DNA of 64,000 nucleotides from the NCBI GenBank assembly GCA_050013395.1, contig JBEKFI010000001.1, forward strand, positions 1,004 to 65,003, written 5' to 3'. The position numbers were made by a program, and so were the translations under genes. This DNA comes from Verrucomicrobiia bacterium (GTDB lineage: Bacteria > Verrucomicrobiota > Verrucomicrobiia > Palsa-1439). The notes below the pieces were generated by a model. It was not told where the DNA came from and ran no database searches. It was given only the letters and a program-made list of their open reading frames with translations. Below are positions 51,451 to 60,944 of the stretch, in pieces; the first letter of the stretch is position 1, and the number at the start of each line of letters is the position of its first letter.

Positions 51451-51482
51451 TTTATTCATGAATTCTCTCCTGTTACGCTGGC

Positions 51483-51590
51483 CCCTCACCTTGATCCTCT
51501 CCCCGTCAACCCCGAAAGCTTTCGGGGCAAGGCCGGGGAGAGGAGGTTTCCCCTCTCCCTTTCAAAGGGAGAGGGTCAGGGTGAGGGTTG
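51483..51590. repeat. Composite hairpin repeat (GERIKVRG-type, CCCCGAAAGCTTTCGGGG, CCCTCTCCCTTTCAAAGGGAGAGGG, GGTGAGGGTTG)
   Basis: Three repeat modules in tandem between nfnA and nfnB. Confidence 0.7.
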
Positions 51591-51646
51591 AGCCGTCTGC
51601 GCGGTGCTGGCGATTGAGCGCTTTATGAATAATCCGGGTTAGCATC

Positions 51647-53077
51647 ATGCCCAACACCCTGAATCCAAAAGAGCGAACCAAGATCCCGCGGCAGAAAATG
51701 CCCGAACAGGAACCGCACGACCGCCGCCGCAATTTCACGGAGGTGAACCTCGGCTTGGATTTCGAACTGGCCAAGCAGGAGGCGATGCGCTGTTTGGAGT
51801 GCGCCAGCCCGAAGTGTGTGGATGGTTGCCCGGTCGGTGTGAAGGTGAAGGATTTTGTCGGGCTGATTCTGGCCGGCAAATATCTGGAGGCGGCGGCCAA
51901 GGTGCGCGAGGACGACGTGTTGCCGGCCGTTACCGGACGCGTTTGCCCGCAGGAGGACCAGTGCGAAGGCGCGTGCGTGCTGAGCAAGAAATTCTCGCCC
52001 CTGGCGATCGGCTACTTGGAACGTTTCGTTGCCGACTACGAACTGCAGGCAGGCCAGGTCGGTTTGCCGCAGAATGCGCCGCCCACCGGCAAACGGGTGG
52101 CCATCGTCGGCAGCGGCCCGGCCGGGTTGAGTTGCGCGGGCGACCTGGTGCAGAAGGGTCATCAGGTCACGGTCCTCGATGCGCTACACGAGATTGGCGG
52201 CGTGCTGATCTATGGCATTCCGGAATTCCGGTTGCCCAAGGAGATTGTGCGGCGGGAAGTTGACAACCTGCACCGCATGGGCGTGGAGTTCGAGACCGAT
52301 GTGGTGGTCGGCCAGACCGTCACGGTGGACGAGCTGTTGAACGAGGAGAGGTACGACGCGGTGCTGGTCGCCACGGGCGCGGGCTTGCCGCACTTTCTGA
52401 ACATCCAGGGCGAACACCTCTGCGGCGTGTACTCCGCCAACGAGTTCCTCACGCGCGTGAACCTGATGAAAGCCTACCGGTTCCCCGAGTACGACCAGCC
52501 CGTGTTCGATTGCCGGGGCAGGGACGTTGCGGTCGTCGGCGGAGGCAACACCGCCATGGACGCCATCCGCAGCGCGTTGCGGCTCGGCGCCAAGAACGCT
52601 TATCTTATCTACCGGCGATCCGAGAAGGAGATGCCCGCCCGCATCGAAGAAGTCAAACATGCTCGGGAAGAAGGCGTGCAGTTCCTGACCTTGACCAACC
52701 CGGTCGAATTCCTCGGCGATGACAAGGGCTGGCTCCGCGCCGCGCGCTGCATCAAAATGGAACTGGGACCGCCCGACGAGTCCGGTCGGCGCCGCCCGGT
52801 ACCCATTAAAGGTTCGGAATTCGAATTGCCTTTGCAGATGGTGGTCATTGCGGTCGGCACCAGTGGCAATCCGTTGGTGCAGTCAACGACGCCGGATTTG
52901 AAGACTAACAAGCACGGATATATCGTGGCCGACTCGGAGACGATGAAGACTTCCAAACGCGGCGTGTTTGGCGCCGGCGACATTGTGACCGGCGCGGCGA
53001 CCGTGATCCTGGCGATGGGCGCTGGCCGCAAGGCCGCCAAGGCGATTGATGAGTATTTGAAGACTGGCAACTGGTAG
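51647..53077 (+). CDS. nfnB: NfnB/SudA/GltD-like NADPH-dependent FAD/[4Fe-4S] oxidoreductase large subunit
   Basis: Two Cys clusters followed by two GxGxxG dinucleotide folds (VAIVGSGPAG, VAVVGGGNTAMD). Confidence 0.75.
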   Translation: MPNTLNPKERTKIPRQKMPEQEPHDRRRNFTEVNLGLDFELAKQEAMRCLECASPKCVDGCPVGVKVKDFVGLILAGKYLEAAAKVREDDVLPAVTGRVCPQEDQCEGACVLSKKFSPLAIGYLERFVADYELQAGQVGLPQNAPPTGKRVAIVGSGPAGLSCAGDLVQKGHQVTVLDALHEIGGVLIYGIPEFRLPKEIVRREVDNLHRMGVEFETDVVVGQTVTVDELLNEERYDAVLVATGAGLPHFLNIQGEHLCGVYSANEFLTRVNLMKAYRFPEYDQPVFDCRGRDVAVVGGGNTAMDAIRSALRLGAKNAYLIYRRSEKEMPARIEEVKHAREEGVQFLTLTNPVEFLGDDKGWLRAARCIKMELGPPDESGRRRPVPIKGSEFELPLQMVVIAVGTSGNPLVQSTTPDLKTNKHGYIVADSETMKTSKRGVFGAGDIVTGAATVILAMGAGRKAAKAIDEYLKTGNW

Positions 53078-53090
53078 CGAGAAGGACATC

Positions 53091-53459
53091 ATGCACGAAA
53101 TGTCCATCGTGGAAGCGTTGCTCGAAGCTGTCGAACGCGAGGTCCGCGCGTACGGCGACGCCCGGGTGGTGTCGATCCGTGTACGCATCGGCGCGCTGCG
53201 TCTGGTCGTGCCGGAGACATTGCGGTTCTGCTACGAGGCGAGTGTCCGGGATACGCCCCTGGCCGGCGCGCAGTTGGAGATCGAGAAATTGCCGGCGACA
53301 GCACGGTGCCGTGAATGCCGTTGGGAATTTGCGGTGGAAGAGAACTGGTTCGAGTGCCCGCGCTGCCAGTCGGCCGGCGCGGAGTTGCTCACCGGTCAGG
53401 AACTGGATCTGATAAGCATTGAACTGGAAGAACTGCAGGAAGTGGAGGCTGCGAAATGA
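53091..53459 (+). CDS. hypA: HypA (copy 2)
   Basis: MHEMSIVEALLEAVEREV...; paralogue of 50145-50540. Confidence 0.85.
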   Translation: MHEMSIVEALLEAVEREVRAYGDARVVSIRVRIGALRLVVPETLRFCYEASVRDTPLAGAQLEIEKLPATARCRECRWEFAVEENWFECPRCQSAGAELLTGQELDLISIELEELQEVEAAK

Positions 53460-54028
53460 CAACCATCCGGGAAACAATCAAATACGACGCCGAACGCGAC
53501 CGCAATTTCCCCAAGGAGATCATGGCGCGTCATGGCTGCGAAAAACTCTATGGGTGCATCCAGTGCGGAACGTGCTCGGCGACCTGTCCGGTCAGTAGTT
53601 ACATGGATCACACGCCACGACAATTGATGGCGTTGACGCGGGCGGGGTTCAAGAAGGAAGTCCTCAGCAGCCTGACAATCTGGCTCTGCGCCTCCTGCTA
53701 CGCTTGCACGGTGGATTGCCCCAAGGAAATCAAGATCACCGATATCATGTACGCACTAAAGCGCCGGGCGATTGAGGAGGGCGTCTATCCGAAACGGTTC
53801 CCGATCCCGATACTGGCGCGCGAGTTCTTCAAGATGGTGAAGAACCGAGGCCGCATCACCGAGAACGAGCTCGCCATGCGCATGTTTCTGCAATCGAACT
53901 GGTTCGCCATGATGAAGACGTGGCGGCTCGGCCTGAACCTGATGCGCACCGGCCGATTCCCCATAAAACCTGAATCGATGGCAAAGCCTGAGAAGCTCGC
54001 GTCGCTCTTCCAAGGAGGCCCGCGATGA
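53456..54028 (+). CDS. hdrC: Heterodisulfide reductase subunit C
   Basis: Two CxxCxxCxxxCP ferredoxin-like motifs. Confidence 0.8.
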   Translation: MTTIRETIKYDAERDRNFPKEIMARHGCEKLYGCIQCGTCSATCPVSSYMDHTPRQLMALTRAGFKKEVLSSLTIWLCASCYACTVDCPKEIKITDIMYALKRRAIEEGVYPKRFPIPILAREFFKMVKNRGRITENELAMRMFLQSNWFAMMKTWRLGLNLMRTGRFPIKPESMAKPEKLASLFQGGPR

Positions 54029-54045
54029 ATTCCGTGACGTCGTTG

Positions 54046-54200
54046 GTAGGGCGCGACAGCGTGAAGCGCAGTTGCGATCCCCTCTCCCTCGTGAGGGAGA
54101 GGGTCAGGGTGAGGGTGCCGGCTGCGTTGCGAGAACACCCCCTCACCTCAGTCCTCTCCCCGAGCGCGTCAGCGCCTCGGGGCGATGAGGAGGTTTCTGA
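54046..54200. repeat. Hairpin repeats (partial GGTAGGGCGCGAC, CCCTCTCCCTCGTGAGGGAGAGGG, GTGAGGG, PLTSVLSPS module)
   Basis: Several repeat modules between hdrC and hdrB. Confidence 0.65.
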
Positions 54201-54203
54201 ACC

Positions 54204-55076
54204 ATGAAATTCACCTATTTCCCCGGCTGTTCACTGAAAGGCTCCGGCCGCGCCTACGAGGAATCGCTGTTGGCGGTCTGCAAACAGCTCGGCGTCGAAC
54301 TGGAGGAATTGGACGACTGGAACTGCTGCGGCGCGACCGCTTACATGGCGGTCAGCGAACGCCAGGCCTTCGGGCTGGCCGCGCGCAATCTCGCGCTGGC
54401 GGAACAACAGCCGCACGAACTGCTCGCGCCGTGCAGCGCCTGTTATATGGTGCTGAAGAAAACCCAGAAGTACGTCGCCGAGTATCCGCTGATTGGGCAA
54501 GAGGTGCACGACGCGCTCAACAGGTGCGGACTCAAGTACGCCGGCACGGCCGGAGTCCGTCATCCGCTCGATGTATTGGTCAACGACATCGGCCTCGATG
54601 CGATCAAGAAGCAGGTCAAGATGCCGCTCAAAGGCTTCAAGGTCGCACCGTACTACGGCTGCCAGATCGTGCGGCCATACGCGGACTTCGACGACCAGCA
54701 CAACCCGGTGCTCATGGACAAGCTATTCAAAGCGCTCGGCGCTGAAGTGGTGAAATACCCGCTGAAGACGCGGTGCTGCGGCGGCAGTCTGACCGGTACG
54801 TTGCCGGAAGCCGGTCTGGGACTGAGTTTCCATCTCTTGCGGGAAGCGCAACGCCGTGGCGCGAACGTGCTGGCGACGGTCTGCCCGCTCTGCCAGTTCA
54901 ACCTCGACGCCTACCAGAGGGACATGTCCAGCAAGTACGAGCCGGTGCACATGCCCATCGTTTATTTCACACAGTTGATGGGTTTGGCGTTCGGGTTGGA
55001 CGCGAAAACGCTGGGTCTGCATCGCGGCATTATTTCCATTGAACCGCTATTGAATAAACAAGAGGTAGCAGCATGA
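54204..55076 (+). CDS. hdrB: Heterodisulfide reductase subunit B (two CCG domains)
   Basis: MKFTYFPGCS...CCG motifs. Confidence 0.85.
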   Translation: MKFTYFPGCSLKGSGRAYEESLLAVCKQLGVELEELDDWNCCGATAYMAVSERQAFGLAARNLALAEQQPHELLAPCSACYMVLKKTQKYVAEYPLIGQEVHDALNRCGLKYAGTAGVRHPLDVLVNDIGLDAIKKQVKMPLKGFKVAPYYGCQIVRPYADFDDQHNPVLMDKLFKALGAEVVKYPLKTRCCGGSLTGTLPEAGLGLSFHLLREAQRRGANVLATVCPLCQFNLDAYQRDMSSKYEPVHMPIVYFTQLMGLAFGLDAKTLGLHRGIISIEPLLNKQEVAA

Positions 55077-57061
55077 AAGAGCAATCCGACGGCGACATTC
55101 GCATCGGGTGTTACGTCTGCCATTGCGGCACGAACATAGCCGGGGTGATCAACGTTAAGGCGGTGACAGAGTACGCCGCCAAACTGCCGTGCGTGGTTGT
55201 GTCACGCGACTACAAGTACATGTGCTCCGATCCGGGCCAGGCGCTGATCCAGCAGGACATCAAGGACCATAAGTTGAACCGCGTCGTCGTCGCGTCGTGC
55301 TCACCACTGTTGCACGAGCGCACCTTCCGCAATGCCTTGGAAGGCGGCGGGCTGAATCCGTTCTGTCTCCAGATGGTCAACATCCGCGAGCATGACTCGT
55401 GGGTGCACGAACCGGGCAAACCAGCGACCGAAAAGGCGCGGGCGTTGGTGCGCGCCGCGATCAAGCGCGTTGCGTTGCACAAACCGCTGGAGAAGAAGGA
55501 GACCAAGATTCATCGCGATGTGCTGGTGGTCGGCGGCGGCATTGCCGGGATTCACGCGTCTCTGACTCTGGCCAACGGCGGCATGACCGTTTACCTCGTC
55601 GAACGCGAGGCGACGATCGGCGGGCACATGGCGAAGTTCGACAAGACGTTCCCGACGCTCGACTGCGCAGCGTGCATTCTTACGCCGAAGATGTCGGCCG
55701 TCGGCGAGAACCCGAACATCAAGCTGTGGACCTACTCAGAAGTCGTGAAGGTCGAGGGCTACGTCGGCAACTACAAGGTGACGGTGAAACGCAAGCCGCG
55801 ATATATTATCGAGGATTTGTGCGTCGGCTGCATGAAATGCGTCGAGGCGTGCGTGTACAAGGAGGGAAAGACCGAGGACGACTTCAACGAAGGTCTCTCC
55901 AAGCGCAAACCCGTGTACATGCCGTTCCCGCAGGCGACGCCGTTTTTGGTGCTGTTTGATCCGGAAGCCTGCATCCAGCTCAAGACGGGCAAATGCAAGA
56001 AGACCTGCGTCGAGGTGTGCGATCGCAAGGCGATCAAGTTCGACCAAAAGGAAGAACTTGTCGAGATCAACGTCGGCACGATCATTCTCGCCACTGGTTT
56101 CCAGACGTTCGACGGGAAACGTTTGCCGCAATACGGCTACGGCGTGCATCCAAACGTGTTCTCCGCGATGCAAGTCGAACGCATGGTCAATGCCAGCGGC
56201 CCGACCGAAGGCCACATCACATTGAAGGACGGCGGCAAACCGAAGGCGGTCGGTATCATCCACTGCGTCGGCTCGCGCGACAACCGCACCAACCGCTGGT
56301 GTTCGCGCGTCTGCTGCATGTACTCGATGAAGCTCGCCCACCTTATCAAGCAGCACACTGATGCCGAGGTGTTCAACTTCTACATCGATATCCGCGCGCC
56401 CGGCAAAGGATACGAGGAGTTTTACGAGCGGTTGCAGGAGGAAGGTGTCCATTTCATCCGCGGCCGCGTCGCCGAAGTCACCGACTGGGCGGCGAGGAAA
56501 GAGGAGGAAGGCAGACTCGTGATCCGCGTCGAGGACACGCTTGCCGGTTTCGTTCGGCGTATCCCGGTTGACATGGTTGTTCTGGCGAACGGTCTCGAAC
56601 CGCAAGCCGACTCCCAGGATGTGCGGCGGATGTTCAACATCAGTTGCTCGACCGAAGGCTGGTTCCTGGAGCGCCACCCGAAACTCGCGCCCGTGAACAC
56701 CTTCACCGACGGCATTTTCCTGGCCGGTTGCTGTCAAGGCCCGAAAGACATCCCCGACACGGTCGCCCAAGCGGGTGCGGCCGCGGCGGAGGCGTATGCG
56801 TTGATCAACGCCGGCGTAATCGAGCTTGAACCGAATACGAGCTACGTCGTGGCTGACGATTGCAGCGGATGCAAGACCTGCATCCCGCTTTGCCCGTACA
56901 CGGCGATCAGCCGCGACGAGGTGAAAAAGAAGGCCGTCATCAACGAGGCGTTGTGCAAAGGTTGCGGCGTATGCGTCGCGGCCTGCCCGAGCGGGTCGAT
57001 TTACCAGAACCTGTTCAGCGACGAAGAAATCTTCAGCGAAATCGAAGCGGTCATCGGATGA
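55073..57061 (+). CDS. hdrA: Heterodisulfide reductase subunit A (FAD, multiple [4Fe-4S])
   Basis: VLVVGGGIAGIHAS FAD fold; several Cys clusters. Confidence 0.9.
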   Translation: MKEQSDGDIRIGCYVCHCGTNIAGVINVKAVTEYAAKLPCVVVSRDYKYMCSDPGQALIQQDIKDHKLNRVVVASCSPLLHERTFRNALEGGGLNPFCLQMVNIREHDSWVHEPGKPATEKARALVRAAIKRVALHKPLEKKETKIHRDVLVVGGGIAGIHASLTLANGGMTVYLVEREATIGGHMAKFDKTFPTLDCAACILTPKMSAVGENPNIKLWTYSEVVKVEGYVGNYKVTVKRKPRYIIEDLCVGCMKCVEACVYKEGKTEDDFNEGLSKRKPVYMPFPQATPFLVLFDPEACIQLKTGKCKKTCVEVCDRKAIKFDQKEELVEINVGTIILATGFQTFDGKRLPQYGYGVHPNVFSAMQVERMVNASGPTEGHITLKDGGKPKAVGIIHCVGSRDNRTNRWCSRVCCMYSMKLAHLIKQHTDAEVFNFYIDIRAPGKGYEEFYERLQEEGVHFIRGRVAEVTDWAARKEEEGRLVIRVEDTLAGFVRRIPVDMVVLANGLEPQADSQDVRRMFNISCSTEGWFLERHPKLAPVNTFTDGIFLAGCCQGPKDIPDTVAQAGAAAAEAYALINAGVIELEPNTSYVVADDCSGCKTCIPLCPYTAISRDEVKKKAVINEALCKGCGVCVAACPSGSIYQNLFSDEEIFSEIEAVIG

Positions 57062-58560
57062 GGAAAATCCGAAATCCGAATATCGAAATCCGAAATGAGC
57101 ACGAAGCCCAAATGACAAAACGCGGCAAACAACGGCAGATGAAACCGCAGATGAACACAGATGGACGCGGATTCACAACCTCAGGTTGTCATTCTGAGCG
57201 AAGCAAAGAATCTCAGTCGTCAGGGCATGGTGGCGCGGGCGTCTCGCCTGCGGTTGTTCCAAGCCGGAAAGGAGACTCGAGATGAATGCGTCCGAGTCAG
57301 GCAACCGTAAGAGTCAAGAGTTGCCCCGAGCAACGACGAGGGGGACATGCTAGACGCGGTCAAATGCCGGATTCTTGGTCACGTGCGAGGGGCTGAATAT
57401 GACCGCACTTCCAAATGCGACAGATGTCATACGATGTTGCCAGACCCGGACAAACTTCGAGAAGTCATCAGGAAACCGCCGAATGACGAGGTTCGTAACC
57501 AAGCCATTGCACTATATAAACAGATTGTTTGTGAAGCACCGTATTCCGCGGGTTGCCCTCAGTGTTCGAAGGCGATCAGTGTTTTACGCTTCTTGGTGAC
57601 GGAGGTGACTCGTTGTAAGCACTGTGGCGCAACAATGGTGTTCCTTGAATGCGGATTCCATGATTACGTAGATGCCCTTCCAATTGAAGAAAAGCTCTCG
57701 GATTTCTATCGGGGATTGATTTCTGCAATCCAAGAAATGAGGCGAGAGGAAGATGTAGAGCACGATGGGACTCGCCTCCGTATCGTACCGGCTGATGTCG
57801 TTCAAGCGGTTCAGACGAGAAATGAGGAAGCGCTACTTCGATATCTCGATGTCCATACCGAACTTGAATGGGATCGAAGTCCATTTGGAGAACTCCAAGA
57901 CTTCACACCATTTGACAAAGGCGCGATGATCCGAGCTGTGGCGGCAAGAGAACTCGGGAGATTAAGGTCGCACAGAGGCGTTGATCAATTGAACGCGATA
58001 TTGTTCAACGATCCCAATGCGGAGGTCAAGCGAAGCGCGGCGATTGCTCTAGGCGAAATAAACTACTACCCCGCCGCCTCCGCTCTCATCGCGGCTCTGC
58101 GAAACTGCTCGGAGGATGTTGGTGTCCGAATAATGGCTGCATTAGCGCTTGGTCAGTACTGCGATGAGGAGAGCGAGGCAGCGTTGAAGGCATGTCTTCC
58201 TGCAACTGGCGTCAAAGAAAACGGCGCTCGGGCCAAACTACGCGCTGCAATAGTAGCTGCTCTGAAGTCGCGCGGTGTCGCAAGTGCCGGCATACTCAAG
58301 ATTTGACTAAATGAATGGGTTAACTTCTGACACATGACAATGATACACACAGCCGCAAGCCGGGACGCTTGCACTGCCATGACAACGACGAAACGACAGA
58401 GATGCTTCGACAAGCTCAGCATGACAGTGGTGAGGAATCCGCGTCCATCCGCGTTCATCTGCGGCTTCACCGGCCGTTGTTTCGGTCATTTGAGTTTTCG
58501 TCATTCGGGTTTGTTTCGGATTTCGAATTTCGTGCTTCGGATTTCGCGGCGGCTCGCCGC
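57062..58560. mobile_element. About 1.5-kb non-autonomous element with ~140-bp imperfect inverted terminal repeats carrying one low-GC passenger gene
   Basis: The left terminal repeat (57062-57200) and the reverse complement of the right one (58395-58560) share cgaaatccgaa...gcacgaa...caaatgac...gcagatgaac.cagatggacgcggattc...gtcat.ctgagc...gaagca. The 57200-58300 interior is visibly more AT-rich. Confidence 0.6.
57347..58306 (+). CDS. Passenger gene: N-terminal Cys-rich zinc-ribbon-like region plus C-terminal HEAT (PBS-lyase-type) repeats
   Basis: CxxC...CxxC...CxxC pattern; repeats AEVKRSAAIALGEI and EDVGVRIMAALALGQY. Confidence 0.55.
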   Translation: MLDAVKCRILGHVRGAEYDRTSKCDRCHTMLPDPDKLREVIRKPPNDEVRNQAIALYKQIVCEAPYSAGCPQCSKAISVLRFLVTEVTRCKHCGATMVFLECGFHDYVDALPIEEKLSDFYRGLISAIQEMRREEDVEHDGTRLRIVPADVVQAVQTRNEEALLRYLDVHTELEWDRSPFGELQDFTPFDKGAMIRAVAARELGRLRSHRGVDQLNAILFNDPNAEVKRSAAIALGEINYYPAASALIAALRNCSEDVGVRIMAALALGQYCDEESEAALKACLPATGVKENGARAKLRAAIVAALKSRGVASAGILKI

Positions 58561-58572
58561 TGAGGAGAATAA

Positions 58573-59112
58573 ATGATAAATCAAACCACCGTACAACCCC
58601 AACCTGCCACCAGCACCGCCGCGTTTGAGCCGCGCATCGTCGCGTTCTTCTGCAACTGGTGCACCTACACCGCCGCGGACCTGGCCGGCGTGTCGCGCAT
58701 GAAATACGCGCCCAACGTTCGCATCATCCGCCTGATGTGCTCAGGCCGGCTGGATCCGCAATTCATCATGGCCGCGTTCGCGAAGGGCGCGGACGGCGTG
58801 CTCATCGGCGGCTGCCACCCCGGCGACTGCCACTACGTCGAGGGCAATTATAAGACGCTCCGCCGGATGGATCTCCTGAAGCGGATGTTGAAAGACCTCG
58901 GCATCGAGGAAGACCGCGTCCGCCTCGAATGGATCAGCGCCAGTGAAGGCGACAAGGTCAAGTGGGCCGTCAACGATATTGTCGAGAAAGTCCGTGCGCT
59001 TGGCCCGTTGAACATGCCCGGGAAATTCAAGGATTGGGACAAGGAGATTGAGGAGCTGGCCGGGGAAGTTCAGGCCCAGGATAAAGAGCAAGCACCGGCA
59101 CACGTCGCATGA
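58573..59112 (+). CDS. mvhD: Methyl-viologen-reducing hydrogenase delta subunit
   Basis: FCNWCTY...LMCSGR...GGCHPGDCHY motifs. Confidence 0.85.
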   Translation: MINQTTVQPQPATSTAAFEPRIVAFFCNWCTYTAADLAGVSRMKYAPNVRIIRLMCSGRLDPQFIMAAFAKGADGVLIGGCHPGDCHYVEGNYKTLRRMDLLKRMLKDLGIEEDRVRLEWISASEGDKVKWAVNDIVEKVRALGPLNMPGKFKDWDKEIEELAGEVQAQDKEQAPAHVA

Positions 59113-59729
59113 ACCACGGAATTCACAGGGATCTGTCTCCTCTCCCCCGTCGTACGGGGGAGAGGATCAAGGTGAGGGGGATGGCCAGAGCGCTCCGCCG
59201 CGAGCCGACTTGGGCCGAACGGACACTGTGGCGTCATCTGCGAAATCACCGTTTCTGCGCGTACAAGTTCCGCCGTCAGCATCCCAACGGTCCATACGTA
59301 TTGGACTTCTACTGTGTGTCGGCGAAGCTGGCCATCGAGTTAGATGGTGATCCTCATGGGTATCCAAACCAGAAGAATCACGATGAGTCAAAGGATCGTT
59401 ACCTCGCTCAGCAGGGCATTCGCGTTCTGCGGTTCTGGAACGATGACCTGAGAGAAAACAAAGACGGCGTGCTGGTGACAATTCTGCAAGAACTCGAACA
59501 GCGAACGGAGGAGAACCCTCACCCTGACCCTCTCCCTTACGCTACAAGGGAGAGGGGAGACAATTTGAAGGAGAACCCTCACCCTGACCCCTGGTCGCCC
59601 CTGGCCGCCTCCGGCGCCGCCAAAGGCGGGCAAGCTTTGGCGCCCCGCTGCTGCGGGGGTAACCCTCTCCCTTCCACTGCAAGGGAAAGGGGAAACAATT
59701 TGAAGGAGATCGCGAACTATGTCCACTAA
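59109..59729 (+). CDS. DUF559 endonuclease-domain protein (Vsr-like fold), flanked by NPHP/GERIKVRG hairpin repeats
   Basis: WRHLRNHRFCAYKFRRQHPNGPYVLDFYC...ELDGDPH...VLRFWN. The repeat-derived N-terminus (SPLPRRTGERIKVRG) and C-terminus (NPHPDPLP x3) suggest the native start is near 59184. Confidence 0.7.
   Translation: MNHGIHRDLSPLPRRTGERIKVRGMARALRREPTWAERTLWRHLRNHRFCAYKFRRQHPNGPYVLDFYCVSAKLAIELDGDPHGYPNQKNHDESKDRYLAQQGIRVLRFWNDDLRENKDGVLVTILQELEQRTEENPHPDPLPYATRERGDNLKENPHPDPWSPLAASGAAKGGQALAPRCCGGNPLPSTARERGNNLKEIANYVH
59512..59700. repeat. Three tandem NPHPDPLP/GEG hairpin repeat units at the 3' end of the DUF559 gene
   Basis: gagaaccctcaccctgaccc occurs twice, with ctctcccttacgctacaagggagagggg and ctctcccttccactgcaagggaaagggg hairpins. 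Confidence 0.7.
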
Positions 59730-60720
59730 ACCGAAAATCGCTTTTTATTGGTGTGCGTCTTGCGGCGGTTGCGAAGAATCCGTCGTCGACCTCGCTGAGG
59801 ACATTCTCATGGTGCTCGATGCCGTGGACATCGTGTTGTGGCCCGTCGCGATGGATTTCAAGAAGAAGGACGTCGAGGCGATGCCTGACAAATCCATCGT
59901 GGCGACCTTGCTCAACGGTGCGATCCGTACTTCCGAACAAGAAGAGATGGTGCGCTTGTTGCGCCGCAAAAGCCAGTATCTCATCGCTTACGGTTCCTGC
60001 GCCCACACCGGTGGCATTCCTAGCCTCGCCAATCAGTTCAGCCGCGAGCAAATTATGAAGTACGTCTACGAGGAAGCGCCCACGGTGGTGAACCCCGACA
60101 ACGCAAGCGCTGTCGGGGCAGGCGCTTTGAAGACGCGGCCGGTAACGGAGTTCCGGGACAACGGCCACACTGCCACACTGCCCGTGTTTCGCAACGTGGT
60201 TCGCGCGCTCGACCAGGTGGTGGAGGTGGACTACTACATCCCCGGCTGTCCGCCCACGCCGAAACTGTTGAAAGAGGCAGTGCTGGCGTTGCTCGCGGGC
60301 AAACTGCCGCCGAAAGGCAGCGTGCTCGCCCCCGACATGGCTCTGTGCGAGCAATGCCCGCGCATTGACAGCAAACCGCAGGACCTGAGCCTCACCGAGT
60401 TCAAGCGTCCGCACCAAGTCATCATTGACCCCGACAAATGCCTGCTGGCTCAGGGCCTCGTCTGTATGGGCCCGGCCACGCGGGGCGGCTGCGAAGCGCG
60501 CTGCATCACGGGCAATATGCCGTGCACCGGCTGTTTCGGTCCAACCAGCCGCGTCCAGGACCACGGCGCAAAAATCCTGAGCTATTTGGCCTCAACCGCA
60601 GCCGGCAAAGAAGACAAGGAGATCGAAAAGATATTGGCCGGGATCCCTGATCCTGTCGGCACATTTTATCGTTACGGTTTGGCGAAGTGCCTCCTACGCG
60701 GCCGCGTGGGCGGCCCGTAG
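59719..60720 (+). CDS. mvhG: [NiFe]-hydrogenase small subunit (F420-non-reducing, Mvh-type)
   Basis: FYWCASCGGCEES...GCPP motifs. Confidence 0.85.
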   Translation: MSTKPKIAFYWCASCGGCEESVVDLAEDILMVLDAVDIVLWPVAMDFKKKDVEAMPDKSIVATLLNGAIRTSEQEEMVRLLRRKSQYLIAYGSCAHTGGIPSLANQFSREQIMKYVYEEAPTVVNPDNASAVGAGALKTRPVTEFRDNGHTATLPVFRNVVRALDQVVEVDYYIPGCPPTPKLLKEAVLALLAGKLPPKGSVLAPDMALCEQCPRIDSKPQDLSLTEFKRPHQVIIDPDKCLLAQGLVCMGPATRGGCEARCITGNMPCTGCFGPTSRVQDHGAKILSYLASTAAGKEDKEIEKILAGIPDPVGTFYRYGLAKCLLRGRVGGP

Positions 60721-60935
60721 GAAATCCGAAACCCGAAACAAGCACGAATGACCAAAGTAGCAACGACCAAGACGCGTGGTAGGGCGCGACCGCCGGGCGC
60801 GCCGCTCTTCACAACGGCTTCGGACGGCCCGGCGGTCCGTCCCTATCGTCTCGCGCCTTGTTTGGAGCATTTCCGTCATTCGAATTTCGGATTTGTTTCG
60901 TGCTTCGAATTTCGGATTTCGAGTTTTCCTCTCAT
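60721..60935. mobile_element. MITE-like element: short inverted repeats of the GAAATCCGAAA family flanking a GGTAGGGCGCGACC palindrome
   Basis: Left arm gaaatccgaaacccgaaacaagcacgaatgac; right arm is the reverse complement of cgaaatccgaaattcgaagcacgaaacaaatccgaaattcgaatgac; palindrome core 60779-60848. Confidence 0.6.
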
Positions 60936-60944
60936 GGAGGTTTT

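Noticed and set aside
51483-59700. Possibility that the clustered repeats form a CRISPR array
   Set aside because: The repeats are heterogeneous hairpin modules with irregular spacing, in both orientations and inside genes. There is no regular repeat-spacer periodicity and no cas genes.
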